This document shows, piece after piece, positions 52,133-64,000 of a stretch of DNA of 64,000 nucleotides (positions are counted from its first letter, which is position 1; every line of letters begins with the position of its first letter). Under the pieces are notes generated by a model. That model did not search any database. It was not told where the DNA came from and worked only from the letters and a program-made list of their open reading frames with translations. Position numbers and translations under genes: made by a program. The stretch comes from Ramazzottius varieornatus (taxonomy: Eukaryota > Animalia > Tardigrada): positions 101,337 through 165,336 of the forward strand of contig BDGG01000010.1 in the NCBI GenBank assembly GCA_001949185.1, written 5' to 3'.

Positions 52133-54498
52133 ATGTGCGGACCTTCAGCTAGCTCCAGGTAAAGAAGTCCGTTGTCGCTTGTTACTTGTTCCTTGAGATG
52201 AAAAGACATGTCGTGAGTGAACTTTTTTCAAGTAGCGCACTCTCTGTTACTGTAACCATTCTGGTTGCGCCACTCGATCGTAGAAAATGCGTTGCTGTCC
52301 TTTTCCTCGTCCTGTTACAGGCTCATGTCAAAAATTTCCCGATCATACGTTTCGGCCAACGCCCAACGATATGGACAGCGAGTCCGCGGTTTATGCTCCC
52401 CTCAAAGGTTTTTTTCGAAACGTGCTACCCGGAAAACCGACGATGCTTCCCAGTCCGGTCGATCCCTCGGTCGTCTAGGCCGCATGAGCCCCAGCTACCT
52501 CTTTCAGCAACGACCACTTCTCATTGACTTTCTTTGTCACGGTAACTCTACTGCCTGCCCTTCAACACTCTAATTCGAATGTTACACAATGTTTTCGAAA
52601 CTCCCAGGTCTTCCGAAACGCGCATTGTCCCGAGGATACTTTAGTTTGTCCAAGTCGCCCTATACGCCAACGCCCAGCAAATTTTCTTCCCTCCCCCGAC
52701 GGTCACTACGATGGACACCAGTACCTATTCTCGTGGGAGTACTTTTCGCTCTGTACCGCCAGTTCGCTGTTTTGACTGGACGAAAGACCGAAACGGTTGA
52801 TGGGGTGGAGAAGCCCAAGTTGGCTTCGCAACGATCGAGCTCGCCTTCACGACGGAACAAAATTTCTTGGCATGTTCCCGCAGTGGTACGAGAAAATATT
52901 CTTTGCTCTCTGATATCATGAATATGTAGTGGTCTTTTTTTCTGTTAGTTTTACGTATATCAGTTCCTGCCACTGCGAGCCCTCTCCCGCAGCTGGGGAT
53001 GGCTGAACGACCTCTATCTCCCACATTGGCTACGTGAGCCGGTCCTGTCAGCCTACACGTACGTCTTCGGAGTCAACTTGGCCGAAGCTGCGATCCCCGA
53101 CTTGAAATGGTACAAGAACCTGGGAGAGTTCTTCAGACGACGACTGAGACCGGGAGTTCGCCCTATCGATTCTAACAGCGCACTCGTAAGAACTACCTTC
53201 GTATGGGACGTCGACATGATCGTTACTTCAAGTGGCGCACTTTCAGTGTTGCTGGCCGCAAGTGTGCGCCACTTGGGAAAACGATCATGTACAAATCTGA
53301 TCCTAACGTTGATTGTTTGATGGTATTTTTCGTTGGGTTGCTTTCAAGGTTAGCCCAGCCGATGGTGTCGTTCTGCACTTTGGCCGTGTCGAGGACGATT
53401 GTGTGGAGCAGGTTAAAGGTATGACGTTCAGTTTGGCTGCGTTCTTAGGACCCAAAACGTGGCATGATCACACCGTGGACGACGAGCTCATTGTCGAAGA
53501 GGTCAGTACATGCTCACTTCCGGGTGGACTTTGATTCTGGTGTGGAATTTGCTTCGTCTACACCGTCCCGTCTTTGTTCAAAGGCGGAAATCGAGGAGCC
53601 GAAAACGTACCGAAAGAATTTGGCCATGCAGAGGTCTGATAGTGAACTGTACCACTGTGTCATCTACCTGGCACCCGGTGACTACCATCGTTTCCATTCA
53701 CCTACGGATTGGAACATCCTTTTCCGGAGACATTTCCCTGGTGAGTAACAGTCCAAACAACAGTAAAAAAAGTAGTTGGAGCTCGGCAAACAAACTTGAC
53801 CAAATCGTGTTCCCAATTGGCGCACGTTTTCAGTGTTATCGGCCAAAAGTGTGCGACACTTGGGAAAATGGTCTGGTCAAGTGGCGTACGCTTCCTGTCA
53901 AAAACACTGACAAGATGCGCTACTTTGGAGAACGATCTCGTCGAGCTTATTTGCTGAGCTCCCAGCTGGGAAATTCAGGAAAGTTCCTCAAAAAGTTTGC
54001 CTTTCTTTCAGGCCATCTTTATAGCGTGTCTCCTGTGGTGACTAGACGAATCGAAGACCTGTTCAACTACAACGAACGAGTGGTTTACTACGGACAATGG
54101 CAACATGGCTTCTTCTCCATGTCGGCTGTCGGCGCTACGAACGTTGGGTCCATCCACGTTTACTTCGACGAGGTATTTAACTAGTGGTTGATTTGGTCGT
54201 TCCAAGGCTCTAGCCTGTGTGATGTGGAGTTTTTTGGGTTTTTCTGCAGAGGCTGAAGACCAACAACAGGCGTTACAAGATCGGTAACTACCTGGACTGG
54301 AACTTCGCTCAGCACACAGCGCCATCTGCCCCACAGCGTGCCATCGCCTTGGAGAAAGGCGACGAGTTCGGTGAGTTCAACCTGGGTTCCACGATCGTCC
54401 TCCTGTTTGAAGCCCCAAAGAACTTCAAGTTCACGGTGGAAGTTGGGGAGAAGATTCTGTATGGGCGACCCTTGGGAAACCTCCAAGAAACTTCATAA
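52133..54498 (+). CDS. PISD: Phosphatidylserine decarboxylase proenzyme, mitochondrial
   Basis: [52 protein letters not shown] and the FNLGSTIVL autocleavage motif. N-terminal exons are less certain. Confidence 0.95.
53205..53295. repeat. Palindromic MITE-like family A copy (PISD intron)
   Basis: CATGATCG..CAAGTGGCGCAC...GTGCGCCACTTGGGAAAACGATCATG. Confidence 0.8.
53779..53961. repeat. Palindromic MITE-like family A, most complete two-unit copy (PISD intron)
   Basis: TIRs GAGCTCGGCAAACAAACTTGACC and GTCGAGCTTATTTGCTGAGCTC around two hairpins. Confidence 0.8.
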
Positions 54499-55321
54499 CC
54501 GACATTTCATTTCAACGAAATTCATTTTTCTCATCTCATAAAACTCTTCGGTTCGGACTGAATTTTGTACAATCTCAAAAAGATTCATTCCTTTGCGTCT
54601 GTTGCGTCTATCTGGTATGGAGAATGGAGATACACTAGGGGACCGAAAATATTGGTCACCGGAAATTAATTTGAGGAACTTGGACGATTGATTTTTCTTG
54701 TTCTGGTTTCTTGCAACAGCGGTCGCGCCAGCCGATATTGGCAGGAGTGAAAGTAACCATGAGTGCAGCGTCAAGTTGTCTGTTGTCACGTTGTCGTTGT
54801 CAATTTCACGCTTGCTTTAGCAAACAGTAGCTGTCTGGGACGGTTCCAAGTCGATCGATACTGGCTTCCTTTCCTTTGCATAAATGGGTCTTGTTTGGAT
54901 ACCAACCGGAAGTCAGCTTATAACTGCCTCATTCTATTATACGCCTTGATCGATCTTCCATTCTACCGAACTTAGTAGGACAGGGGAACTGTCGATCACC
55001 AGTTCCCTTCACCGTACTGACTGCACATCGCCATCATCTTCCTACAGCTCTTATCCCCGTCGATGACTTATTATATTTGAACTCTACATAAAACGGAACT
55101 AGCAGGAAAGCTCGATTGTGAACTTTTGAAGCGTGCACCGAAAAACAAAAACTATGATGGAATGAAATTCATTCAAAAATTCAAAGGAACTACCGGAAAC
55201 GTCTATAGCTGGGACAGGACTCCTTCTCGGTATTTTTCCACTGATGATGTAAGCAATGGAGGCAGCCGGGTTCGTGATGAATGTATCGGACATCCATCAA
55301 AATAATCACGTTAAAAAGCGA

Positions 55322-57770
55322 TCAGACGTTATTATGGTGATTGCTAGTGGCAGGGGGTTGATTATGGCGGAAAATCATGGAAGCCGTCCTGCTTTGCATC
55401 GTCAGCTTAAACTGTCGTTTCTTCTTCTGCATCAAAATGCGGGAAGCTACGGCATGAAAGGTGGCAGCAATCAGCAGCCATCCACAGATAATGTAAACGA
55501 TCACCAGCGACCTTCGAATATGCGAAGTCATGCTGGTCAACCGATGGTCAATGTGGTCCCCTGGAAAAAGAACCATCCAAGTTAGTTAAGTACTGTATGC
55601 CATATCCCAATGGCGGAGCCATCTTTGTTTGATAGCAGTATGTATGTATGGTTCTCGGCAAGCAGTTTCTCTCGCTATTTCACCACGCGGTGATGTCACA
55701 GTGGTCTGCACAAAACTTGAAGTTGACAGAAGAAATTACGCAAACACACTGGGCAAGATCGCTTTTCCAAGTGGCGTAAGCTTACAGTTGATAAAACCGA
55801 GAACGTGCGGCACTTATAAAGATTGTCGATTTTCCCGTTCCCAATAAGATGCTCATGGGGAGTCAGTCACCTGCATGCTATATGTGCAGTTCTTTCACAC
55901 CATTAATTTGTACGGAGGCGCTTTTGCGATCTTAAAATTTATTCGTCTGGGTTGTATACCTGGTATCTCGTCAATGAGACCCACGGTGAAGAGGACCATG
56001 ACGCAAAAGTAGATTGACTGTATGGTATCCCAGTTCTCCCACAGTCCGAATATGAGGACCGCCAGCATCACATAAAAGGCCGTGAGGACCAGCATGAGCG
56101 AGACGGGGACGCAAGCTTGGATACGACGATATCCTTCCTTGAGGTCGTTCCCCGAAGCGGCCTGAAACTGTCGTGCTTCCAAACTCTTGTCCCGTTGTCT
56201 GCACATGGAACAGCACAAGGACTCGTGGTACATTACGGCGATTAATTTGCTCACATCGTCGCCGATCACGTAGAGAAAGAGGGCAAACAGCGGGACGCCG
56301 AAGAAGCAGTAGGGGAACGTCACTACTTTTCCCAGCCAAGTTCGTGGAGGATTGCCAATCCCTAAAGGGTTCGAGGAATTAGAAACACATACTATATTTA
56401 TCCACTTAAAGCCAACCTAATCTCTTCAACCCTACCAGTACTGGAAATTTTTTCGTCCATTGAAAAGAGTACAGATGGATCAGCTCGTTCACCACCACAC
56501 ACGGAAGAACCCCAACAACCATACCCAACGCTTCCGGGTCAACTAGCGCATCGTAAACTTCAGTCTGCTGAACAGTTCAGGTTTGCGCAATTCTGAACGA
56601 TAATGCGCGAGTTGACCGGATAAGAGTGCGGTGGAGCTGAACAACAAGGAAGCAGAAAGATGTCTATCGTGTTTCGGTTCAGCAACTTTATTTAGTTCCA
56701 GTAACGTTCATTGTTTGTATGTCTTACCGACGCCGCTGATGATGGAAACGGAATAAAGGATGCCCGAAACGGCGGAGAAGTCGCGCTTGTTCTCATAGAC
56801 GCCAGCAGCCTTGACATGGTACTTGAGGTAGCTGCGGAAGTTATCCAGGTTGGGATAATACAGTGTCACATTGGAGTCGCGGACGGGAAACTGTTTGAGA
56901 ACCGCCGTGTTCAAGTACTCCATTACGGCCTCCACATCAAAGGGTTTATTGGTTTTGGCAGCCTCAAAGGCTGCTTCCTCCGGCCCAATAATGTACACGT
57001 ACAATAAAGTCCCCATTAGAACGTATGCACCCACCACCTACAACACACAAGGAAAATTGTAGAGGGAAGCCGCTTTCATGACCAACGGCCAGTTTTGATG
57101 TTAGAAGAAAAAAAATAAGTTTAGAACCAGCAACTCGTCGAATAACTATGTTGAATCCTTTTGTTTTTACTGCTGAAAACCCAAGGCGGATTGTCACAGA
57201 ATGTCCTACCATGACAAGAATAGAATGGGCAAGTAATCGGGAAACTGACGTCTCACAGCACCGCTGCTCCAGACTCTGATCCCTCTGCGTCTGCGAGGAG
57301 GCCACACTGCGGCTGGTGTCCAGTGCCATATTCGGGCCGGAAGGAAGGTTCAGCGATGAAGTGGTCGTTTGCCGCTGGAACTGAAAGACACGGCTGTTGA
57401 GCGATGTCGGTTGCTGCTCGGGCGTTGAGGGCTCATAGGGCAAGCCTAGCGCTCTGGAGGTTTGATTAAGCAGTATCCTAATGGATCCGCGACGGGAGAC
57501 GTGGTAATCCCGAGCAGCCTCTTCTCGACCATCACTGACGTGGGTCTCCTGCCGATGTAGCGAGTGCTGCGAATGTCGCGGATCGCGCGAATGTTGAGGG
57601 GCCGGTACCGATGTAGTGATCAGGGCGTGACCGTTGGCCGTTCTCACAACGCGCAACTGATCATGGCTAACACGGCGTGGATGGGAAGATGCCGGCCCGT
57701 GAAGAGCCTGATCGTGGCTGGCACGCCGTAATGGCATGTTGACACCGACATCATCGCCTTCGTTTTCCAT
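55322..57770 (-). CDS. Atypical two-pore-domain (K2P/TWK-like) channel with non-canonical selectivity filters
   Basis: Four exons (approx 57210-57770, 56728-57037, 55960-56361, 55322-55560). 4TM/2P layout, PRTWLGK..YCFFGVPLF and WENWDTIQSIYFC. Filters read SGVGIG and FTVGLID. Confidence 0.85.
55735..55830. repeat. Palindromic MITE-like family A copy (K2P intron), degenerate
   Basis: AGATCGCTTTTCCAAGTGGCG...GTGCGGCACTT. Confidence 0.6.
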
Positions 57771-59792
57771 ATTGACTTTGCCGCCGGCAGCTAGTCAAGT
57801 ATTCAGCGTCCTTTGTCCGATAACTCCACTGACACAAGACGCCTGGGGCTCATTGCGGTGTAAATAATCACGTAAAAACAAGCTGCATGCAGGAATTCAG
57901 AACAAGCGCCATGAGGAATGTACTCGCTTGCCATCAATTACACATCGGGATTCGGGACCATTCACGAAGCGATGATGTCGAGCTCTTGCTGATGAGAAAG
58001 CTACACGTTTACGCACACGCCCGTGAGGAAAGGACATTCATTTTTCCCAGCTGATAGATGCAAAGCTAGTACAGAGGCGAAGATTGAAATCAAAGTTGAC
58101 AAGGCGTCAGCGTTGCCGAGATGGAATGGCTATAAATGACGGTAGGTTGTCATAACGGTGAAATTTAAAGACCATATATGCGGAACAATATATCGACCGA
58201 GCTGCGTGGTCTTCTTTGATGCAATGGAGTAGCTCTGTCAGACTGGTCGAGCTCTCGCTTAAACATTTGTGAGTGAGATGAGTTGTTGGCTCCGATACAA
58301 GGAAGTGTATGCAAAAACCCAATACACCGTGCCTCGAAAGTTTGGGACAGGCGGAAAAGACGATCAATGCGAATTTAACCGTAGAAAGTCGTCAGAAAGT
58401 GCGTTGGTGGGAATTGCACACGTACGTACGAACTCCGTTCCGTTGTTTCGGAATCGCCTGTTCCAAACGTTTTACTGCTCCAGACTTTCCCTTCCCGCGT
58501 GTACCCGACCCCGTACCGTTCGACTGATGGATAATCACCCGGGGAACCGTTGGTTTCCTCCCTATTGGAATCCTCTGCCAGTTCGCATGCTCAACGGTGC
58601 AGTAGGTCATCGAATCGACAGTAGTTCATCGAATCAGCGCGCTCCGTGGGAATAACAAGTGACTGCCTAATTCTGGGGCAATTGATTCTTGGCGCAATTG
58701 ATCAGCTCGGATTCAGTAAGGTGACTACCTCTACGAAGCTTGAGAATGCGTGAATCGAGAGGCCAAGATCATACTTTAATAATCTGGCAAAATATGCAAT
58801 GTGTCAGACTGCAGAACTGTTATAACTTCTTCTTCTGGAGTTACTGGGGGATAGCCAATACTCTGGCCAAATTCAGAAAACACCAACGTGGGTATCATCG
58901 TTAGGAAACCCTGATCATTTACTACACCCTTCGAATTCATAGGCGTGGCAGTCATCCTTGACTGGAACTGCAGCCTGGCACGGAGCTGAAGGACGGAGCT
59001 ATCCGGCGTCAAGGTCATTCATCGATTCTCGTTCCCAGTAAAAGGAAGCTCTACTTGACAGTTGGCAATCTACTTCAATTCCAAATTAAAATGTTGTTAT
59101 TGTAGGCTACAATCGGTCCTCCTGCGTCAGCGTACTTGATCTGAGTGCTGTCCGCGGAGAAAAGCTGCAATGTGCAATTGTTGCTGGCAGCGGCTGGCTG
59201 TCAAGTGCACACAAGGGGCCTCTTACAGCCATATTCTTCCGAACCATAGCGTTCCTAATGTCGTTTCCCTTTTGACACGCTGGATGAGAGGCCAACAAGT
59301 TCCCTAAATGTCTGAATTCTGACAGTGAAGTAGTTTATGTGGATCTAGCCGAAAGCAGGTGCGCAGTGTCGAGCTTCACACAGGTACTTGCAAATACGTC
59401 GTCAAGTAGTGATACTGCTCTTACCACACAGGTTTTTTCGGACTGAGTAGATAAATATTGATGACGAATAATTTCGCTTATTCAATGTTAAGGGGAAAGC
59501 TAGTAGAATGAATATTCAAAATGCCGGTTTCTCGATATCGGTGTGGGCAGATGTTAGGTTTCGTCATGCAGGTCATCCCGGCATAATCAAATTAAAACTT
59601 TAACACTGTTTCAAAACCTGAGTGGAGGACCCAGACATCGCGGAAGCAGAGGATGCCCGATTCCTATTGAGATGACCCAATGCAATTATCAGAGAGGCTC
59701 TCGGATAGTGATGTCATTTTCGTATATGGACGAGGTGGACGTACAGAATGGGGAAAAAGGTGTGGAAAAAAGAAGGAATCATGCACGTGCTA

Positions 59793-60373
59793 AGCTCTGT
59801 TTCATCTACCGATGGGTGGTACTTTTAGTCTTATGGCCAACCCATCCAACATTTTTTATGGATTCTTTTACGGCCATAGTTCTTAGTTCGCGAGACGGGT
59901 CAACTTGGCTGTTTTAGAAGGTTAAGATCAGCTCTTGATCATCCCGCTACGGGGGAAGATCAACCGATAGGATCTCTGATCCTCAGTATGCACGATCCTC
60001 CATACAGGTTTGCGCCATGAGTGCATAATCAGGTAATCAATAACACGCCGGGCTAACCGTGTGTGATACTGCACATTCATGCTCGACTGATTTACAGCTG
60101 ACCGTTGATTGGCCGGTCTGCCGCGTGCTCATTACCCGGGACGGATTCACGCGTACGACTGTGTGGAGTATCGTGCATACTGAGGATCAGAGATCTTATC
60201 AATTGATCTCCCCCCGTAGCGGGATGATCGAAAGCTGATCTTAACTTTCTAAAACGGCCAAGTTGACCCGTCTCGCGAACTAAAAACTATGACCGTAAAA
60301 GAATCCATAAAAAATGTTGGATGGGTTGGCCATGAGGCTAAAAGTACCACCCATCGGTAGATAAAACAGAGCT
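59793..60373. mobile_element. MITE family B, full copy with about 215-bp terminal inverted repeats, flanked by TA
   Basis: TA|AGCTCTGTTTCATCTACCGATGGGTGGTACTTTTAG... mirrored by ...CTAAAAGTACCACCCATCGGTAGATAAAACAGAGCT|TA. Confidence 0.9.
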
Positions 60374-61069
60374 TAATTGTAATCGGTGGACGGTCCTATT
60401 GTCCTCGGGTGATTATCGAGAAGGAACAGCCATAAGTGAGATGTCCTCAACGGCGGCCTTGAAACAAGACGCAAAGAAGCCAGGCACTGATCAGCAGCCC
60501 TACATCTCCGTGGCGAATCCGTCCCAAATAACTGAGCAGTGAAGGTTCAAAAACCTTCATCTAATTCAGTGTTGTCCGAAAAACTCCCATTTTTATTTGG
60601 AGTATGTGTCAATGTTTTCTGGTGCTTTTGATCAACATGGTGTCTTTCGTTCACTCAAGAACTTCAAATAATCGGGTGGATGAGGGCACTTTGAAATTCA
60701 ACTTTGGTCTCCGGAACACCAGTATTCCGCGGAGCAAGAAACAGTTAGATAATAGTATAAGGGGCTCTAGGTGGCTCTCACGGTTTCGCGAAAATGCGTG
60801 AAATGAAATTTTAGAAGGATAGGGAACTTTGAGCTGAAAACCGAGTTTAAACTTCATAGGGTCAAAATTTGCACATGCGCCAGCCATCAATCTACAAGTC
60901 AACCTTTCACCGACAATTGTGCAATGAACTGGAATCATCACTTTTCGGTATCTAAAACCTTACTCCTTCCTTTGTTCTTGAACCCTAATGCTTCAGCACT
61001 TTGTATTTTGACTATCCAGAACTAACCATTCTAGTCTGCTCGTTTGCCGGCAACCTAGTCCTCCATAAT

Positions 61070-61211
61070 GTAAATATTCGCTGCATCCGCGCAGTACGTA
61101 CGCGTACGTGACGATGCACCCCCGAAGGGGGTTGCGCAATCCCTGAACCAGACCGAGGCTGTACTTCACTTGTACGACGGCGTTATGCGCGGATGTAGCG
61201 AATATTTACGG
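61070..61211. mobile_element. Small MITE with pogo-like ends
   Basis: GTAAATATTCGCTGCATCCGCGCA and TGCGCGGATGTAGCGAATATTTACGG|TA inverted repeat. Confidence 0.65.
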
Positions 61212-61868
61212 TACATGTCCACATGGCTACATTCTCTGTCCACGTGTGGACGGAATATTATTCTTTTGTTTTAGCCTCTTATTTTGTGTCAATTCCTCTT
61301 CTCGTTCGATAATCTCCCGAGAGTTTGCCGAAGTGAAAGCTCCCATGTCGTGAGTCACTTTCGTGGTCTTTCCATACCTTGCCTGTCGTAGGAGAGATAG
61401 TTCAGTTAACGGAAAAGATAACCTGGAACGGCGTGGTGCGTCTCACGACGCTCTACTGCCGTCTTGCTACCTCTGAGCTTCTGATTTGTTTTAGAAGAAT
61501 AAAGATGAATACTTCTTACTTTAGAAACCGAGAAAAGGTAGTTTGAGGCAGTAATTGCTGACATCAAGCCCGGATATCTCCATGCCGGCCATCTCGTATG
61601 TCGAGCCAAAAAACCAAGAAATAAGAACAGGGGTCCTATTCGGTTTACGTAATGGCAAAATTTTGTCATCTCGGCACCTGATGTCTTTGGTGTGGTTCTG
61701 CGATGTTTATCATGAGATACTATGCAATGGTTTGCCAAGCAGATCTGCGCCGGATGAGAAAGAGAAGAATACAGGTGTTGGGAGTTAGGTGACTGATACA
61801 AGACATTACAAGCACACTGTACACAGTAGGTAGCGTAAAGATTAGCTCATACAGTGTATTTGGTACGC

Positions 61869-64000
61869 TTATGTTCCATGGTCCACCTGAGTAGCTACGA
61901 TGATTCTTTCCTGTTCCTCGTTCTGCTCTCCATTCCTCACAACACAAGACTGTCTCCTTTCATGGCATTCATCAGACGGCCGTCTTTCATGCGGCAGAAT
62001 CCCCACACATTTTGCCAGTGAAACGGCGTACCACCTCACCTGCTCTTGCATGAGGTTAAAACAGCAAGCAATCAACGCCAACCCCAGCAAGACATACACA
62101 CAACAGCCAATCAGTTTCTGGCTGGAAGGATCCTGCTCCAGCATGGCACCCGGCACCAAGTCTCCGAAGCCGATGGTCGTCAGCGTCACAAAGCAAAAGT
62201 AGAACGCATCCAAGAAGGGCCAGTCTTCCCACAGCGCGAACAACAACGACCCACTCAACACGTAGCTGATCATGATTAGAAGGCAACAGACGACTGGAAC
62301 GTGGACTTTGCGTTTCTTTGGAGTTTCTTCGGTCTGTGTGCCGTCCGCTACAGTTTGATCCAGTCGCTCAATTTCGAAGAGAGATGGCGCTGCTTGGCTT
62401 GGCTCGCTGTCACGCTTGGAGTGTCTTCGGACACGGATGCTGCATCGAGAGGCGCGACGGTAGTTGGGATCAAGACCGTCGGCAGAACAGCTGAACAAGT
62501 GGGCGAAAAGTCGGCGAAAGATGACAGCTAGACAGATACCGATATTGCGGAGGAAGAGTAGCATGATGGGGATACCGACGATGGCGTACAGGACTGTCAC
62601 CATCTTGCCTTGAAGAGTGCTGGGTGTCACGTGTCCGTAGCCTGAGAAGAACGTAACTCAACCTCAAGACAAGAGATAGACGCTTACATGCACTAATGAC
62701 CAGTTTGTTCAGTAAACTCCGTGGGTTTTGGCGGCGGAAGAAAAACAACCACAGAAACCCATGGTATAGGCCGTTATGCTACAATTATGCTACACTTTGA
62801 TCGTGTATTTGCATCCACAACTCCGGGCCTGAGTATGGACCTTGGCTGAGACTCGTGGGAGTAAATGTGGTCCTTGGTTTGTGTTTTATGTCCAGTAATA
62901 AGCAGATAATCAGTGGTTGCGGCTAAATTGTTCTGGTGTCCCTGGCGTTTCTAATAATGATTCTGTTATGAAATCTAATCACGCTCGCGTCGCAAAAATT
63001 ACATCATTAACTTACCGATGGTCGTGATTACGGAAAAGGCATAGAGGAACGAGCTGGCGAGAGTCCATTCCCCCGACGTTCTTTTTCCATTGTCCACGCC
63101 CTGTTGCTTCTGATAGACGATCCAACTTCCACTGTGTTGATCGAGTTCCTGCCTCTTCCTTTCATAACGGACACTCCCATTACTCTTCTGCAGAATTGAA
63201 CCCAGTCAAATCCAGAGTTAGCAGCTAACTGTTGAAATTTAGAATATTTATATCCAACTTCAATCTCGTTCGTCCTTACGTCTGATCCATCAGAATTATT
63301 CAGAGGAACGTCACGACAGATGGTTGTGCATTCCAGAGGAAGTACCGTTAAGGTTCCGCGACTTCTGTCGGATCGTTCAACAGAGAGATTATGTACCGAC
63401 GCAAGGAGAGCGTTCAGCTGGGTTTCCGCTTGTATCGTCCAGTTATCCTGTTTGTGAGAAGCAAACATCAGCGTAAAAAAATTGGGTCATCGTAGTGAAA
63501 GGTTTCCGAGATACCCGTTAGCGTATGGTGACGAGATGTTCAAGTTTGCTCTACTTCTGGAAAACCAATCACCGAAGTGTTGTCGTAAATCACGCTAATT
63601 GATTTCTCTCAATCCGTCAACGCACGATTTGACTGTCAGCGCTCGACTTTAGAGTTTCCACATATGGGAGTTCGGCGATGGAGATCGACCAGATCGTTTT
63701 CCCAGATGGCGCACGTTCTCAGTACTCCTGGCCGGAAGGGCGCGCCAGTAGGAAAACGATCTGGGCGAGCTTTTCTTTAAAGTTGTGCGAAGTCAAAGTA
63801 TTCCGGACAGAAAGAGCAATCACGTTGTTTCAATAGGGGCAATTACAGTTGCCCGATTCAATCGAGAGTATGTTGAGGAGTGTTTCTGATTGTGCTGGGA
63901 GACAACCAAAGACAGGAAATTAAAGTGGCCGAAGTTGGACTCAATGTCGCGACGAACCTTCCACAAGACATTGAAGTCCAGTGTCAAGTTCCATAGGCGT
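61869..64000 (-). CDS. Canonical K2P (TWK-family) potassium channel, 5' part outside window
   Basis: P1 VITTIG|YGHVTP across intron 62642-63015 and P2 FVTLTTIGFGDLVP. Cap exons RLWNLTLDFNVLWK and DNWTIQAE. Confidence 0.93.
63668..63775. repeat. Palindromic MITE-like family A copy (K2P intron)
   Basis: CAGATCGTTTTCCCAGATGGCGCAC...GCGCCAGTAGGAAAACGATCTG. Confidence 0.7.

Noticed and set aside
42773-53961. Repeat-spacer-repeat units resembling CRISPR or bacterial REP arrays
   Set aside because: Arms are inverted, dispersed as one or two units in eukaryotic introns, and no cas-like genes are present; MITE is the simpler reading.
58776-59298. Short - strand ORFs between the K2P genes
   Set aside because: No splice or homology support.
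1-64000. Horizontally acquired bacterial genes and the many overlapping ORFs in the track
   Set aside because: All recognisable genes are animal-type, and most extra ORFs are antisense or alternate-frame shadows of real exons.

Overview
Compact, intron-rich animal genomic DNA (short GT-AG introns, one 50-N gap at 3083-3132). The gene style (lineage-type intronless GPCRs, an extra MRE11 copy, dense packing) suggests a tardigrade such as Ramazzottius; that assignment is inference only. The left third (1-26 kb) is a turnover zone. It holds a hAT transposon inside an intron of a GPR158-ectodomain-like gene that lacks the 7TM region, a BTB gene, and a 5'-truncated MRE11 paralog abutting a truncated GPCR in the same reading frame. 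It also holds hAT and pogo relics, a GPCR birth-death cluster and an F-box gene. The rest is mostly conserved genes: RhoGDI, Lhx3/4, TMEM237, a Kazal inhibitor, a PAN/Apple membrane protein, MTPAP, RFC3, a ZIP transporter, PISD and two tandem K2P channel genes. One K2P gene has both selectivity filters degenerate while its reading frame stays intact. A palindromic MITE-like family (CAAGTGGCGCAC-spacer-GTGCGCCACTTG) occurs about 12 times, almost always in introns. Exon boundaries were read by eye and some are approximate.
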